Shown in pieces: positions 1 through 13,122 of a stretch of DNA of 64,000 bases. Origin of the DNA: Mobula hypostoma (taxonomy: Eukaryota); NCBI RefSeq assembly GCF_963921235.1, contig NC_086108.1:23746001-23810000 (forward strand), read 5' to 3'. The notes beneath the pieces are model-generated. The model saw nothing but the letters and a program-made list of their open reading frames with translations, had not been told where the DNA came from and made no database searches. Position 1 is the first letter of the stretch. Each line of letters starts with the position of its first letter. A program made the position numbers and the translations under genes.

Positions 1-1959
1 AGAAATAAAAAATGCCAACAGGATTTAATATCCTCTTTAATATTGTTTACCTTCATAAACGGAGATGTGGATATTGAAATATGAATTTAGTAGTTTACTC
101 AATACTCAAGAAGATCTGCACCAGCATGCCCAGGAACCAAATTTCCCCAATGTCATGTCAACATTCACATCAGGTCATGGAAGCAACTTTTCTTACAGAA
201 AAGGGGTCTGGCATGCTTTCCTATTTCAACATTACTGTCAGCATTGAACATCTTCAGATTAGGTGGCACTCCTTCACCATCTTGCTATCATATCTAACAG
301 TAGGCTGATCTTGCTGATTAAAGATCTGAGGAAAATTGAAATCATTGAGACAGGTGCTGAAGGCAAGCAAGTGTTCATCACTGTCTACTACCTGCTTGCT
401 CACTGCTGCAGGAGGAAGGTCCCTGCGTTTGAGTGGTCCCTCTCTCCCTCGATGCTGCCAGTGGACTGTGTCGGAGCAAGGTTTAATTGACATGGATTGT
501 AGATTTAGACTCTAATTCAGGTGTATGATGTGTTCTAGTTTCTAATTCTAGTTCTGGTCACTCTTTGTTGTCGCTACTTTTGAGTGAGTTTTGAATTGGA
601 GGGCTGCAAACAATGAGCATTGAGCTGAATTGAACTGAAATATGCCTTTTGATTTTGTGTTTTATATTCTGTGTTCTTGCTCATTTCTTTTGTTGCTCTT
701 TGCGCGATGTTTTTAGTGTGTGGGGATGGGGAGGGGGTTTGATGCTTGATGTTCTTCTTTGGACAGGCTGGCTCCATGGTTCTTCTTTATTTCATGACTA
801 TCTGTGGGGAAGACAAACTTCAGGGTAGTACACGCATACCTACTGAGATAACAAATGTACTTTGAATCTTTGGAGTCAGTATGATATTTTCATTTCTTGT
901 TGTGTCCTTGACTGAGATTGCTGAATGAATGCAATAAAGGAGACAAGATGGGAAGAATAAAACCCATAGGATGACTGTAAGTCAGTGATTGGTCTGTGAA
1001 ACTCAGTGGGCTGAAGGTTTTCCTAATTTCTCTTTGACTTTAAACTTCCATAAACTGGGTTAGTGAAAATCTTATCCATCAATACTCAAGTGGCACTGCA
1101 ACCTATTCCTATTCTAACTTTTTCATCAAGTCATCTAACTATATTTTGAAAGATCTCAATGTATCTACTGTACCTCCACTACCAAGAATAGTAAATATCT
1201 GTCGTTGCTACTAAATTATAAAAGCTTTCTCTAAATTCACATTCCTTTCTTCACTTTCCTCCTTTATTCCAAGCAATATTGTGATTTTATTCCATTTGTC
1301 CCTGTTCGATATTTTATATCGTTGATTATGTTCCAACTGTCTTTCTTTGGCGCTGATTCTATGCGTTAAAAATGGAGTGAGTCTATCCCGATTAATTTCA
1401 TTCGAGATCTCCCATCAATGTGTGCTGGATGTAAACCAAGCTGAAATATAGCTTAGTCTCTGAAAGGGTTATAAATATTACAGAGCTGAGCCACGGGATA
1501 GCAGAAATCATTCTCTATTCACCCTGGGGAATCACTAATGACCAATTTAGAAATAATTAAAACTCACATTAAAGAAATGTCCAATTACTCATTAAAGCAT
1601 AATCAATGCTAGTTATAATTTATTCTAGAAGTTTCTCCATTGAAGCTCAACTTCACCATGTGCAAAAAATGTCAAAGAAATTACAATTGAAAATATTTCA
1701 CCTTATTAACAAACAACCACTTTGTATTCTATTAAAATTATTACAGCTGATACCAGTTATCAGACGTCCAAATGCACAATAAAGATTGTTGAAGTCAGAA
1801 TCAGAATCAGAATCAGGTTTATTATCACTGGCATGTGACAAGAAATTTGTTTTGCTTTAAGTCTCTTTAAAGTGAATACTGAGTTTGAAGAGAGAGAGGC
1901 AAGTTCAACTGAATAAAACCACTTTTTCACTCATACATAAGGCAGCACAGAACAATTGA

Positions 1960-2345
1960 AGGTGGGCTATGAAGAATGATGAATGAGAAGACAAAGGAAT
2001 AAAGAAAGAAGAGAGGACTTCAAAAGAGGAGGAAAGGGACATGGATTCAGGGAAGACAGAGAACACAGACACTGGGGGACATCAGTACACAGGGAAGAGG
2101 GGGGCACTGGCACACAGATTTAAAGAAAATTATGGAAATAAATACAGAGAGTAAAAAAAAACAGGTGGAGGTAAAGGAAAGAAGTGGAAAATGAAATCAA
2201 GAGGAGGAGAATAAAATACAAGTACAGGAGCCAATGAAGAAAGAAAAACATGGAGGGAAAATAAAAAAGTGATAAAAAGGATCATATACAGGAAAGAATA
2301 TCAGGTTTAAACAAAGAAAAACACAAGAAATCTGAGCAAACGGCG
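1960..2345. repeat. Purine-rich (GA/AAAG) low-complexity tract
   Basis: About 400 bp dominated by A and G on the + strand. ORF 2197..2436(-) is its F/S/L-rich shadow. Confidence 0.6.
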
Positions 2346-3674
2346 AGGCAACATTCACATGAAGTAACTGCTTTCCTTCTTTTTTACTGATGTCAGAGTT
2401 TAATAGACAAGGCCTGGAGTAGAAGCTAATTTTCACAATCAGACAATTAATCTCAACAGTGAACTTCAGGAGGTCACAGCCAGATGATCAAGGGTGGTTA
2501 CTTCACTGATTTCAATTCCAAATGGCCCTTGCTTGGGAGGATGTCAGTGACTGAGACCCGGAGTTTATCAGGTGGAAAATTGCATGTATAAGTTTGCATG
2601 TCACCACTCTAGTGGATCAGGCTACAGCATCTATAGGATACATCAGAGGGGGACATGTGAAGGCAATGCTGAAACTAATTGGGTTACTTCCTTAACTTTC
2701 ATTCCATTACTAGTTGTTCCAATGATTAACTACAACATCGGTTCTTAACTTTCAGCTTTGAAACATTACCTTTCCCCTCTCTACGAACACTGTTAAATCT
2801 GCTGTATAGTACCTCACCATTTATTTGTAGGTTCAGACATCCAATGTAAATCCTTCATGCAGTACCCCGATGCCTGCACTATGTGATCTTTCAAGATGTT
2901 TAAGCGTGACAATTCCAACATCCAACTATTGCATCAACAGTTGATTTAATTTCAGAGTTTCTCTCCTCATATGGATGCAGCTCACATCCACAGATGAAGG
3001 AGGAAGTAAAAGAAGAAGCAGAGCTAATTTCAATATATCTTCAATACTTGTAAAGCTAGGTGGTTTCTTCAAGGCGAGAGTCATCATTCGTCAGAACTGG
3101 CCTGCTTTGGATCGATTCTCATTTAAGCTTAACACCACTTAAACTTTGAGGCACAAGAGACAGTTTCCAAACATTAAGCAGAGGATAAAAGTCCATAGAG
3201 GATTTTTTAATGAAAATGAAAATTTTATCACTTTAGTTAAAAAAGACAATGAGTGAGAAGGTTGAATGATAAATGCACATAATCCTCTGCCTTTAATGTT
3301 ACAAAACTGTTTTCATCTCGGCTATTTAACACTTTCTTCAAAATATCAGAATTATCGATAAAACAGCTGCTCCTTCTCTTGGCTCATGTTATTTTCCATT
3401 GTATATATGAAGGGAAAGACAATATAATAGAATCAGGTAGTGTTGGATTTAATCTAACTCATGGGTGACAGGACTATTAAGGATGCTACCTATAAAAACA
3501 AGACATGCGCACATTAGTTGCCTGTTTCTCAGGCAAACACTCGTAATTCAAGCCATTCTTTCTCAAAGAATTTCATCCCACTCCACCTTCAGCTCTACTG
3601 GACAGTATACAAATTCATCCATGCTCTCTGTATTCCACCTCCTCTGTCTCAAGCAAAATTTGGGCCACACTCAC

Positions 3675-3832
3675 CTGTCTCTACCTTAGACATTTCTGCT
3701 CGGTCCGTGATGGTGACCTTTTCCAGGCTGATGAGATAGTCTACAATCTTCACCCCAATCGCAGGCTCAGTATGGTCCCACTCTAAAACCACCAGTGAGC
3801 TGCTTGGCTCATGTGCAGGTGACAGCCTCAGA
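3675..3832 (-). CDS. ASTN1: Astrotactin-1 coding exon (fibronectin type III region), 158 nt, phase 2 to 1
   Basis: Minus strand reads ttttctttctccAG|[54 protein letters not shown]|GTgagt. This matches recalled vertebrate ASTN1 ([47 protein letters not shown]). Not present in the ORF track. Confidence 0.93.
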
Positions 3833-4754
3833 CTGGAGAAAGAAAAGGAATATATTGAAATGTTACCAATGGAAATAGCTTTCAGGTACCAGCTAAAGAT
3901 CTGGAATAAACTCCCATTGTTTTGTTGCTTCTGTACTATTGGCTTTCTGAAAAACCATGAACAGTTTATTAACTAGCCTTAATTTAAGAATATTTAAGGC
4001 TCTGAACACCATCAATATTTGAGACCTTCCCAAATTGATTGCTTGTGCTGCAACTGTGCAGGGTACTGGTGAGAGTCAGTTGTAAACATGACCTGTGTAT
4101 GTGCAGTTACGTTTCAATTAAATAAAAGCATGCACGCCGGAGATGGCTTTAACTGGTGGATTTACATTGCATCGAGAGAAATACGCATGTGTAGAAAACA
4201 GCGCCTGCGTAGACAACCGATCAATACATAATGCTAACGGGGGTAGAGGGGGGTAATTGCTCTAAAAGAAATAGATCCACATATTACATTCAATAAGCTC
4301 TGTGCCCATTATGTTTGGGTACTCACCCGTGCAACGTGGGTGCACTGAACTTCCTGTGAAGGTAATTCACAGCGAGGTTACATCAGGCCCCAGTAACATT
4401 TCATTCTGCCTCAGAACTGACCTTCTGATGTTTATTTTATTATTGACGAAATTTTCACTGAAACCTAATGAAGAACTAATGCGTCCATCTCATAAATCAG
4501 AGCAATATTATTAACTAGTGAAGACCAATTAGTGAACACATCCCCCTCTTTATATATTGATACTGCTGACCTGAACAGCCTGCTAAAGTGAGTGTTTTTC
4601 TCAACCAACTTGGAAACATGATTTGCTCTAAATAGCTGCGGGAGGTAAAACAAGAGTAATAACTGACGTGAGAGTCAGAGCTGAACTGAGAAATGATGAC
4701 AGTGACCTTGTGGGCAATGTGATAATAGAAAAAGATAATGATGATCTAGAAGAT

Positions 4755-4870
4755 CCTGAAACGTCGACTGCGCCTCTTCCTATAGATGCTGCTTGGCCTG
4801 CTGCGTTCACCAGCAACCTTGATGTATGTTGCTTGAATTTCCAGCATCTGCAGTATTCCTGTTGTTTGTG
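4755..4870 (+). mobile_element. Short Penelope-derived (pLTR/SINE-like) insertion starting inside a hammerhead motif
   Basis: cctGAAACGTCGACTG...gatgctgcttggcctgctgcgttcaccagc...ccagcatctgcag, with an 8-bp TSD tagaagat at 4747-4754 and 4871-4878. Confidence 0.7.
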
Positions 4871-5238
4871 TAGAAGATAAGGATGTTAGATCAGTAACAG
4901 AAGATGGAAATGAGGTGAGAATAAAAGTAACTGGGAGCCTTCAGTTAAGAGGTGGATCAAAAATAGCATATTCTTGTCTTTAAAAAAGGAAGGACTGTAT
5001 TGAAATATACACATTTATAAAGTTTTGAAACTATTTGGGAGTAAAACAAAATACTGCAAGGATTAGGGAAAAAAGTAATGAAGAAATTTTAAAAAGGCAA
5101 CAGAAATGTGATGAGTGTAACAGATAACACAAAATAGTAAGGTCCTTTTTACGTATTTTGATGTTACAGAATAGTAAAATAAAATGAACTTGAGCTGAAG
5201 GAAGAAATCTTATACTGAGGATATAATAGAGGTGTAAA

Positions 5239-6582
5239 GTGGTGGGCAAATTGTTGGAGAAGATCCTGAGAGGCAGGATTTATGAGCATTTGGAGAGACA
5301 TAATCTGATTAGGGATAGTCAGCATGGCTCTGTGAAGGGCAGCTCGTGCCTTACAAGCCTGATTGAATTCTTTGAGGATGTAACAAAAGACAATGATGAA
5401 GGTAGAGCAGTGGGTGTAGTGTATATGGATTTCATAAGGCATTTGATAAGGTTCCCGATTCAAGGTCCCTTCACAAAGTAAGGAAGCATGCGATCCAAGG
5501 AGACCTTGCTTTGTGGACCCAGAATTGGCTTGCCTGCAAAAGGCAAATGGTGGTTGTAGGTGTTTCGTATTCTGCATGGAGGTCAGTGACCAGTGGTGTT
5601 CCACAGGGATCTGTTCTGTGACCCCTTCTATTTGCGATTTTTATAAATGACTTGGATGAGGAAGTAGAAGGGTGGGTTAGTAAGTTTGCTGATGACACAA
5701 AAGTTGGGGTGTTGTGGATAGTCTGGAGGGTTATCAAAGATTACGGCGAGACATCGGTAGGATGCAGAACTGGGCTGAGAAGTGGCAGATGGAGTTCAAC
5801 CCAGATAAGTATGAAATTTTGGTAGGTCAAATATGAAGATAGAATATAGTATTACTAATAAGACTTTTGGCAGTGTGGAGGATCAGAGAGATCTTGGGGT
5901 CCATATCCATAGGACACTCAAAGCTGCTACACAAGTTGACAGTGTTGTTAAGAAAGCGTATGGTGTGTTGGCATTCATCAACCGTGGGACTGAGTTCAAG
6001 AGCTGCGTAATAATGTTACAGCTATACAAGACTTTGGTCAGACCGCACTTGGAGTACTGTGTTCAGTTCTGGTTACCTCATTACAGGAAAGATGTGGATA
6101 CTATAGAAAGAGTGCAGAGGAGATCTACAAGGATGTTGCCTGGACTGAAGAAGGTGCCTTATGAAAACAGATTGAGTGAACTTGCCTTTTCTCCTTGAAG
6201 TGATGGAGGATGGGGGGGTGACATGATAGAGTTGTATAAGATGATAAGAGGCATTGATCGTGTGGATAGCCAGAAGCTTTTTCCAAGAGCTGAAATGGCT
6301 AACATGAGGGCATAGTTTTAAGGTGCCTGGAAGAAGGTACAGAGGGGATGTCAGGGGTAAATTCTTCAGACAGAGAGTGTTGGGTGTGTGGAATGTACTG
6401 CTGGCGACAGTGGTGGAGGCGGATACAATAGGGTCTTTTAAGAGCCTCTTAGCTAGTACATGGAGCTTAGAAAAATAGAGGGCTATGCAGTAGGGTAATT
6501 CTAGGCAGTTTTCAGAGTAGGTTACATGGTCAGTATAACATTGTGGGCTGAAGGGCCTGTAATGTTCTGTAAATTTCTATGT
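5239..6582 (+). mobile_element. CR1 LINE, 5'-truncated (RT plus 3' UTR), decayed
   Basis: ORFs with SQHG..KG.SCLTSLIEFFEDVT, KFADDTK and [13 protein letters not shown], and a (ttctatgt)-type tail. Confidence 0.9.
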
Positions 6583-7089
6583 AACAAGATTTTGTTTTGG
6601 TGTCCACATTTTAAAATAATGCAAATGAGAATGTTAATGTTTTTTGCTCGGAGGAGAAATTGCAGGGAAAAAATAGTGCAGAAAACTGAAAAAAACAAGC
6701 TGGGAAATGTTGAACTCTGGTGAAAAACATCTCCGGCTACTGAAGGAAGAGGAAATACACTAAAGGCTTTTCATGGGTTTTCCAGTTTTCCTTGAGATGA
6801 CAGAAAGGAGAATTGGGAAAATAGCACTTCCATTTTGGGAAGGAGAGGAATTTGCATCAGATTAACAACAGATCTCAGTGAATTTAGGCCTACTCTGAGA
6901 ATCCAAGAAGCAAGAATAAATTGGTGAGCTTTTAAAGATGGATGGGTTCTTTAAAAATAGCAATTATATCTGACAGCCTGAAAGGTATGTCATTGAAGTG
7001 ACAAACAGGTAGATAAAAGGAATACAGAAAATCTGCATGTAGATTTTAAGTTGGTATTAGATAAGGTCTCTCCCTAGGTAACTGTTATT

Positions 7090-7325
7090 TTATTTGGAGA
7101 TATAGCATGGTAACAGGCCCTTTGAGCCCAGTGACCCTGCACCACACCATTGCATCCATCTAACCAACTAACCTACTGACCCATACATCTTGGGAATATG
7201 GGAGGAAGCAGGAACACCTGGAGGAAACCCATATGACCATAGGGAGAACATACAAACACCTTACAGAATTGAACCTGAGTCGCTCGTGCAGTAATAGTGC
7301 TATGCTAACTGGTATGCTACCATCC
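7090..7325 (-). mobile_element. tRNA-derived V-SINE (HE1-like)
   Basis: gggaggaagcaggaacacctggaggaaaccca...agggagaacatacaaac matches the reverse of the V-domain core. CR1-like tail at the left end. Confidence 0.6.
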
Positions 7326-7641
7326 CACTGTCATGAGCTTTATAGTGTGAGGAAATGCAACAAAATGTTTCGAAGCATTTGATCACTAGTACAAGCCAGG
7401 GTCAAGTCTTGATATTTTATTCTTGGATGTTAAAATTGGCAGGAATGAACTGCATTGTTGGGATGGTTTAGCAGTGAATAAGTGATCACCCAGCCTCTGT
7501 GGTATCTTGGTGGTGGAACAATTAATATTCTGATGAGTAATCCAGAGGCCTGGACTATCAACCCAAAAATCTACATTCTAATCCCATCATCCCAGCATCC
7601 AGCATCATGGCACCTTAGAAGTATTATTCAATTAGTCTTCA

Positions 7642-8990
7642 GATCAGAATCAGAAATAGGTTTAATATCACTGGCATATATCATGAAATTTGTTGTTTTG
7701 TGGCAGCAGTGCATTGAAATATATAATAATTTTAAAAATTAACCATTACAATATGAAATATATTTTTAAATAATTTAAGTATAGTAAATTGTGCAAAAAG
7801 AGATTATAAAATATATTTAAAAATTGAGGTAGTGTGCATGGGTTCATTGTCCAAAAGGGAAGAAGCTGTTCCTAAAACATTGAGTGTGTGTCTTCAGGGT
7901 CCTGAACCTCCTCCTTGAAGGTAGCGGTGAGAAGAGGGCATGTCCTGGGAAATGTGAGTCCTTAATAATGGATTCCGTCTTTTTGAGGTACCGCCATTTG
8001 AAGATGTCCTCAGTGCTAGGGAGGTTAGTGCCATGATGGTGCTGGCTATGTTCACATCTTCCTGCAGCTTTTCTAATCCCATGCAGTCACCCCTCCATAC
8101 CAGATGATGATGCAGCATGATAGACTGCTCTCCTTGATACATTTGTAGAAATTAGCGAGAGTCTTTCCTGTCATATCAAGTCTCCTCAAACTCCTAATGA
8201 AATATAGCTGCTGCTGTGCCTTCTTTGTAATTACACCAATATTTTGGGCCTAGGGTAGATCCTCAGAGATATTAAAACCCAAGATCATGAAAATGCTTAT
8301 GCTTTCCACTGCTGATCCTTTCCTCAACTTCCCCTTCCTGAAGTCCACAATCAATTCCTTGGTCTTAGTTATGTTGAGTGCAAGGTTGTTGTTGTGACAT
8401 CACTCAACTGCTAATCTACCTCACTCCTGTACATCTCCTCGTCACTGTCTGAAATGTTGCCAAAAATAGTTGGGTCATCAGCAAATTTACGGATGGTGAG
8501 TGTACTGATTAGTTAGTAGGCTAAGCACACATCCTTGAGATGCACCAGTGTTGATCGTCAGTGAGGAAGAGAGGTTATTTCGGATTTGCACTAACTGTGG
8601 TCTCCTGATGAGGAAGTCAAGGATCCGGTTGCTGAGGGATGTAGAGAGGCCCAGGTTTTGGAGCTTGTTGGTTGGTATTGAGAGTATGGTGGTGTTGAAT
8701 GCTGAGTTGTAATCAACAAATAGCAGCCTGACATAGGCATTGCTATTATCCAGGTTATCCAAGGACGAGTGGAGAGCCAATGAGATTGCATCCACTGTAA
8801 ACATCGCGGTGATAGGCAGATTGCAGTGGGTAACAGTCCTTGCTTAGGCAGGGGTTGATTCTGACCATAACCAGCCTCTCAAAGTACTTCATAAAAGTTG
8901 ATGTGAATGCAACTTGGTGAAAGTCGTTAAACCCTGATCTTCTTGGGCACTGGTATGATTGTCGCCCTTTAGTATTGTTTGGAATTTGCA
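7642..8990 (-). mobile_element. Rex1/Babar LINE fragment
   Basis: ORF 8487..8804 DAISLALHSSLDNLDNSNAYVRLLFVDYNSAFNT...TGASQGCVLS, and a (tcagaa)n tail near 7642. Confidence 0.85.
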
Positions 8991-9057
8991 ACAACATCTC
9001 TTCTTATTAATGAGGAGCATAAATTTGCAAGGTGTCTTTAAAAACCCACCAGGACAG

Positions 9058-10930
9058 TTATAAGACTATAAGACCATAAGATATAGGAGCTGAATTAAGC
9101 CATTTGGCCCATCGAGTCTACTCTACTATTTCATCACGGCTGATCCAATTTTCCTCTCAGCCCCAATCTCCTCGTTTCTCCCAGTATCCCTTCATGCCTT
9201 GACCAATCAAGAATCTATAAGAATTCATAAAGACTTGACCTACACAGCTGCCTGTGGCAACAAATTCCACAGGTTCACCACTCTATGGCTTAAGAAATTC
9301 CTCCTCATCTCCATTCTAAAAGGATGCCCTATCTATTCTGAGGCTGTGTTCACTGGTCCTAGGTCCTCCTATCATAGGAAACATCCTCTCCACATCTACT
9401 CTATCTAGACCTTACACCATTCGACGGTTTCAATTAGGTCACCTCTCATTCTTCTGAATTTTAAAGAACAGAGGCCCAAAGCTATCAAATGCTCTTCATA
9501 TCACAAGCATTCAATCCTGGAATCATTTTTCATGAAACTCCTTTGAACCCTGTCCAATTTCAGCACATCCTTTCTAAGATAAGGGGCCCAAAACTGTTCA
9601 CAATACTCCAAGTGCAGCCTCACCAGTGCTTCATAAAGCCTCAACATTAGCAAGGCATTTGATAAGGTACCCCATGCAAGGTTTATTGAGAAAGTAAGGA
9701 GGCATGGGATACAAGGGGACATTGCTTTGTGGATCCAGAACTGGCTTGCCCACAGAAGGCAAAGAGTGGTTGTAGACGGGTCATATTCTGCATAGAGGCT
9801 GGTGAGTCGGTGACCAGTGGTGTGCCTCAGGGATCTGTTCTGGGACCCTTACTCTTTGTGATTTTTATAAATGAGATGGATGAAGAAGTGGAGGGATGGG
9901 TTAGTAAGTTTGCTGATGACACAAAGGTTGGAGGAGTTGTGGATAGTATGGAGGGCTGTCAGATGTTACAAAGGGACACTGATAGGATGCAAAACTGGGC
10001 TGAGAAGTGGAAGATGGAGTTCAACCCAGATAAGTGTGAGGTGGTTCATTTTGGTAGGTCAAATATGATGGCAGAATATAGTATTAATGGTAAGACTCTT
10101 GTCAGTGCGGAAGATCAGAGGGATCTTGGGGTCCAAGTCCATAGGACAGTTGAAGCTGCTACACAGGTTGACTCTGTGGTTAAGTAGACATACGGTGCAT
10201 TGGCCTTCATCGATTGTGGGATTGATTTTAAGAGCTGAGAGGTTATGTTGCAGCTATATAGGACCCTGGTCAGACCCCACTTGGAGTACTGTGCTCAATT
10301 CCGGTCACCTCACTACAGGAAGGACGTGTAAACCATTGAAAGGGTGCAGAGGAGATTTACAAGGATGTTGCCTGGATTGGGGGGCATGCCTTATGAGAAT
10401 AGGTTGAGTGAACTCGGCCTTTTCTCCTTGGAGCGACAGAGGATGAGAGGTGACCTGACAGAGGTGTACAAGGTAATGAGAGGCATTGATCGTGTGGATA
10501 GTCAGAGGATTTTCCCCAGGGCTGAAATGGCTAGCATGAGAGGGCATAGTTTTAAGGTGCTTGGAAGTAGGTACAGAGGAGATGTCAGGAGTAAGTTTTT
10601 TTACGCAGAGAGTGGTGAGTGCGTGGAATAGGCTGCCAGTGGCAGTGGTGGAGGCGGAAACGATAGGGCCTTTTAAGAGACTCCTGGATGGTTACATGGA
10701 GCTTAGAAAATAGAGGACTATGGGTAAAGTCTAGGTAGTTCTAAAGTAGGGACATGTTCAGCACAGCTTTGTGGGCCGAAGGGCCTGTATTGTGCTGTAG
10801 TTTCCATGTTTTCTATTACACCCTTGCTTTTATACACTAGTCCACTTGAAACGAATGCTAACACTGCATTTGCCTTCCTCACCACACATTCAACCTGCAA
10901 ATTATCCTTTAGGGAATCCTGCACAAGGAT
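9058..10930 (-). mobile_element. CR1 3' fragment split by a younger + strand CR1 (pieces 9058-9649 and 10815-10930)
   Basis: LRLYEALVRLHLEYCEQFWAPYLRKD joins LQVECVVRKANAVLAF across the insertion. 'atta' is duplicated at 9646-9649 and 10815-10818. Confidence 0.8.
9650..10814 (+). mobile_element. CR1 LINE 3' half (RT)
   Basis: SGVPQGSVLGPLLFVIFIN..KFADDTKVGG; same subfamily as 5239-6582 and 59150-60520. Confidence 0.92.
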
Positions 10931-11099
10931 TATGATTTTTATTTGGGCAAAATGTGCACTGCATTGGAGTAACAAACAATTTGATGTTGGACCAGACTCC
11001 ACTGTATTTGTTGATGATACAAGAATTGGCATTTTTTGCAGGAAGATATACAGGGCATCTTAAGGACAGGAATAGCCTTAAGGAAAGGTAGATAATGGT

Positions 11100-11190
11100 A
11101 ACACACATAAAAGTTGCTGGTGAACGCAGCAGGCCAGGCAGCATCTCTAGGAAGAGGTGCAGTCGACGTTTCAGGCCGAGACCCTTTGTC
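11100..11190 (-). mobile_element. 91-bp Penelope-derived insertion carrying a hammerhead core
   Basis: Minus strand cCTGACAA-agggtctcggcct-GAAACGTC-gactg..., with a 14-bp TSD aggtagataatggt at 11086-11099 and 11191-11204. Confidence 0.75.
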
Positions 11191-13045
11191 AGGTAGATAA
11201 TGGTCATTATTTTGGATGGATATAAGGTGTTAACATTTTGGAAGAGTAACAAATGAGATAAAATATTTAATAAAATAATATGAAAAGTATAAATGGATGA
11301 AGAGACCTGGGTTCAAATCTTAAGTCCCTTCCAATGAAATTTCAGTCACAGAAATGGCATTTTTGAAAGGTCAAATTGTCCTGGTTTTGTTTTATAAATG
11401 ATTGGTTTATTTTTGTCACTTGTACTGAGACACAGTGAAAAGATTTTGTTCGCATGCCACCCACCCAGGCGGAACATTCCATATCTAAGTACACTGAGGT
11501 AGTACCAAAGTGAGTGGGGCGGGGGGGGGAGGGAGGATGGGGGGGAATGCAGAATACATGTATAGTGTTAGACAAAGTGTGTGCAAGTTAATAAATATGA
11601 AGGTAAATCAAGAGTTTATCTTTATTGTCTAAGAGGTCTTTTCAAATGTCTTATAACAGTGGGACAGATGCTTTTTTTTGCATTGCATGTGTTTCGTTAT
11701 GTCAAAAAGGAATGGATTGCCTGTTTTTCTGAAACAATAGTTGACACTAGCAAAATATATATTAATTAATTTAAATACTTCTCCCCCATCTGATGATGCA
11801 CTTGGTACAATTGTAGTTTCGAAATCAGTCACCACTATTCAAGATAGTGATACATTTCCGTACAGATATGCACCCTGACACAGACACACATTAAAGAAAA
11901 ATCAAATCAAGAAAGCAAACTCATTTGATAATAAATAAACTTTGAGTAATTGAAGCAAAGATATATTTCTGAAACTTTTTAACCCATTATTTTCTAATCT
12001 TTCCACGTGTATTCAATTCATATTTAACCCCAGAGATTTTTGTTCTGTTAAGCATCATTGGTACTGATTTACATTTCTATACAAACCCCAGTTAACAAAT
12101 GTGTTCTATTTCTAGCAATGCCCAAAAGTCGATTCCTTCCATAAGTTAAAAAATACACAAAAATTATTTGATGTCATAACCACTCCTACACAGTATCAAA
12201 ACACATGGCAGCAAAGCCACATAGGACTGATATGAAATAACAATTACTAAAATTGGAGGGAGAGAGGAAACCAATTCATCTTTTCATAGATAAATGGATG
12301 TTCATATGCCAGACGTTTGGATTCAATACTATGGGTGCTTGTTCTTACGCATGGTGTCCATAATTCCGATGTTCTCAATGGGATGTACAGATACCCAGGA
12401 GGTCCATACAATGATAACATTAATTTTAAAAGTCGTTTTGAAATGGTTGAATTGGAATATACATTATATTTTCTCTTCCTCACCTCACTCTTCCCTACCC
12501 CTTCTCAATCCCATTCTATTCTCTTCTTCTAAAGTTTGAAGTGATTGTAATAGTCCAACAGATCTTGCGTAATGTGTGAGCCTAGTAAAGGTTAGTGCTT
12601 TGGTTTTCCCTGAGTGGAACAGACAGGTGAAGCTGCCTTTGTCTGGACCCGATTTCCTTATTACATGTTCCTCTTACTGAACCTGTACTCCAAACTAATT
12701 TTCCTTTCAGCACCTTCATAAGCGAAGGATGTTTTCAATATTATAACAATTGCGTCAGGTGTGATGGCAGACTTAATCTAGGAATTTACTCAGTTGTGCA
12801 GTCAGACCTGTGCAATGCATCATATTGACTGATTTCGTGAAACACATAGTATACTGTATGCTCAAGTAACTCCCACCTATTTTGCAGCATCCAGGATTGG
12901 AAGGAATACATTCAAAACACCAACAAGCAATCTCTAGTTTACCTTATTGCATCCTCCTCCAGCGGAGTCAGAAGAAGGAGCAAAGGATAGAGGCAAAAAG
13001 TGCTACAGATTCTGGAAGCACTGGAGGAATTCACTAGGCCAGATA

Positions 13046-13122
13046 CAGTACTGTGCAAACGTCTTGGGCAACTCAGTTATATTTATATGTCTGTGTGTGC
13101 CTAAGATTTTTGCACAGTACTG
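13046..13122. mobile_element. 77-bp Tc1/mariner-type MITE
   Basis: 25-bp terminal inverted repeats (TIRs) cagtactgtgcaaacgtcttgggca / tgcctaagatttttgcacagtactg with 3 mismatches. TA on the left, CA on the right. Confidence 0.75.

Noticed and set aside
3679..3684. Alternative donor AAG|GTAGAG 10 nt inside the exon
   Set aside because: Weaker than GTGAGT, and it would remove the conserved VET and shift the frame.
12706..12726. REST/NRSE-like TTCAGCACC in a neuronal gene
   Set aside because: Only the left half-site matches; the GGACAG half is absent.
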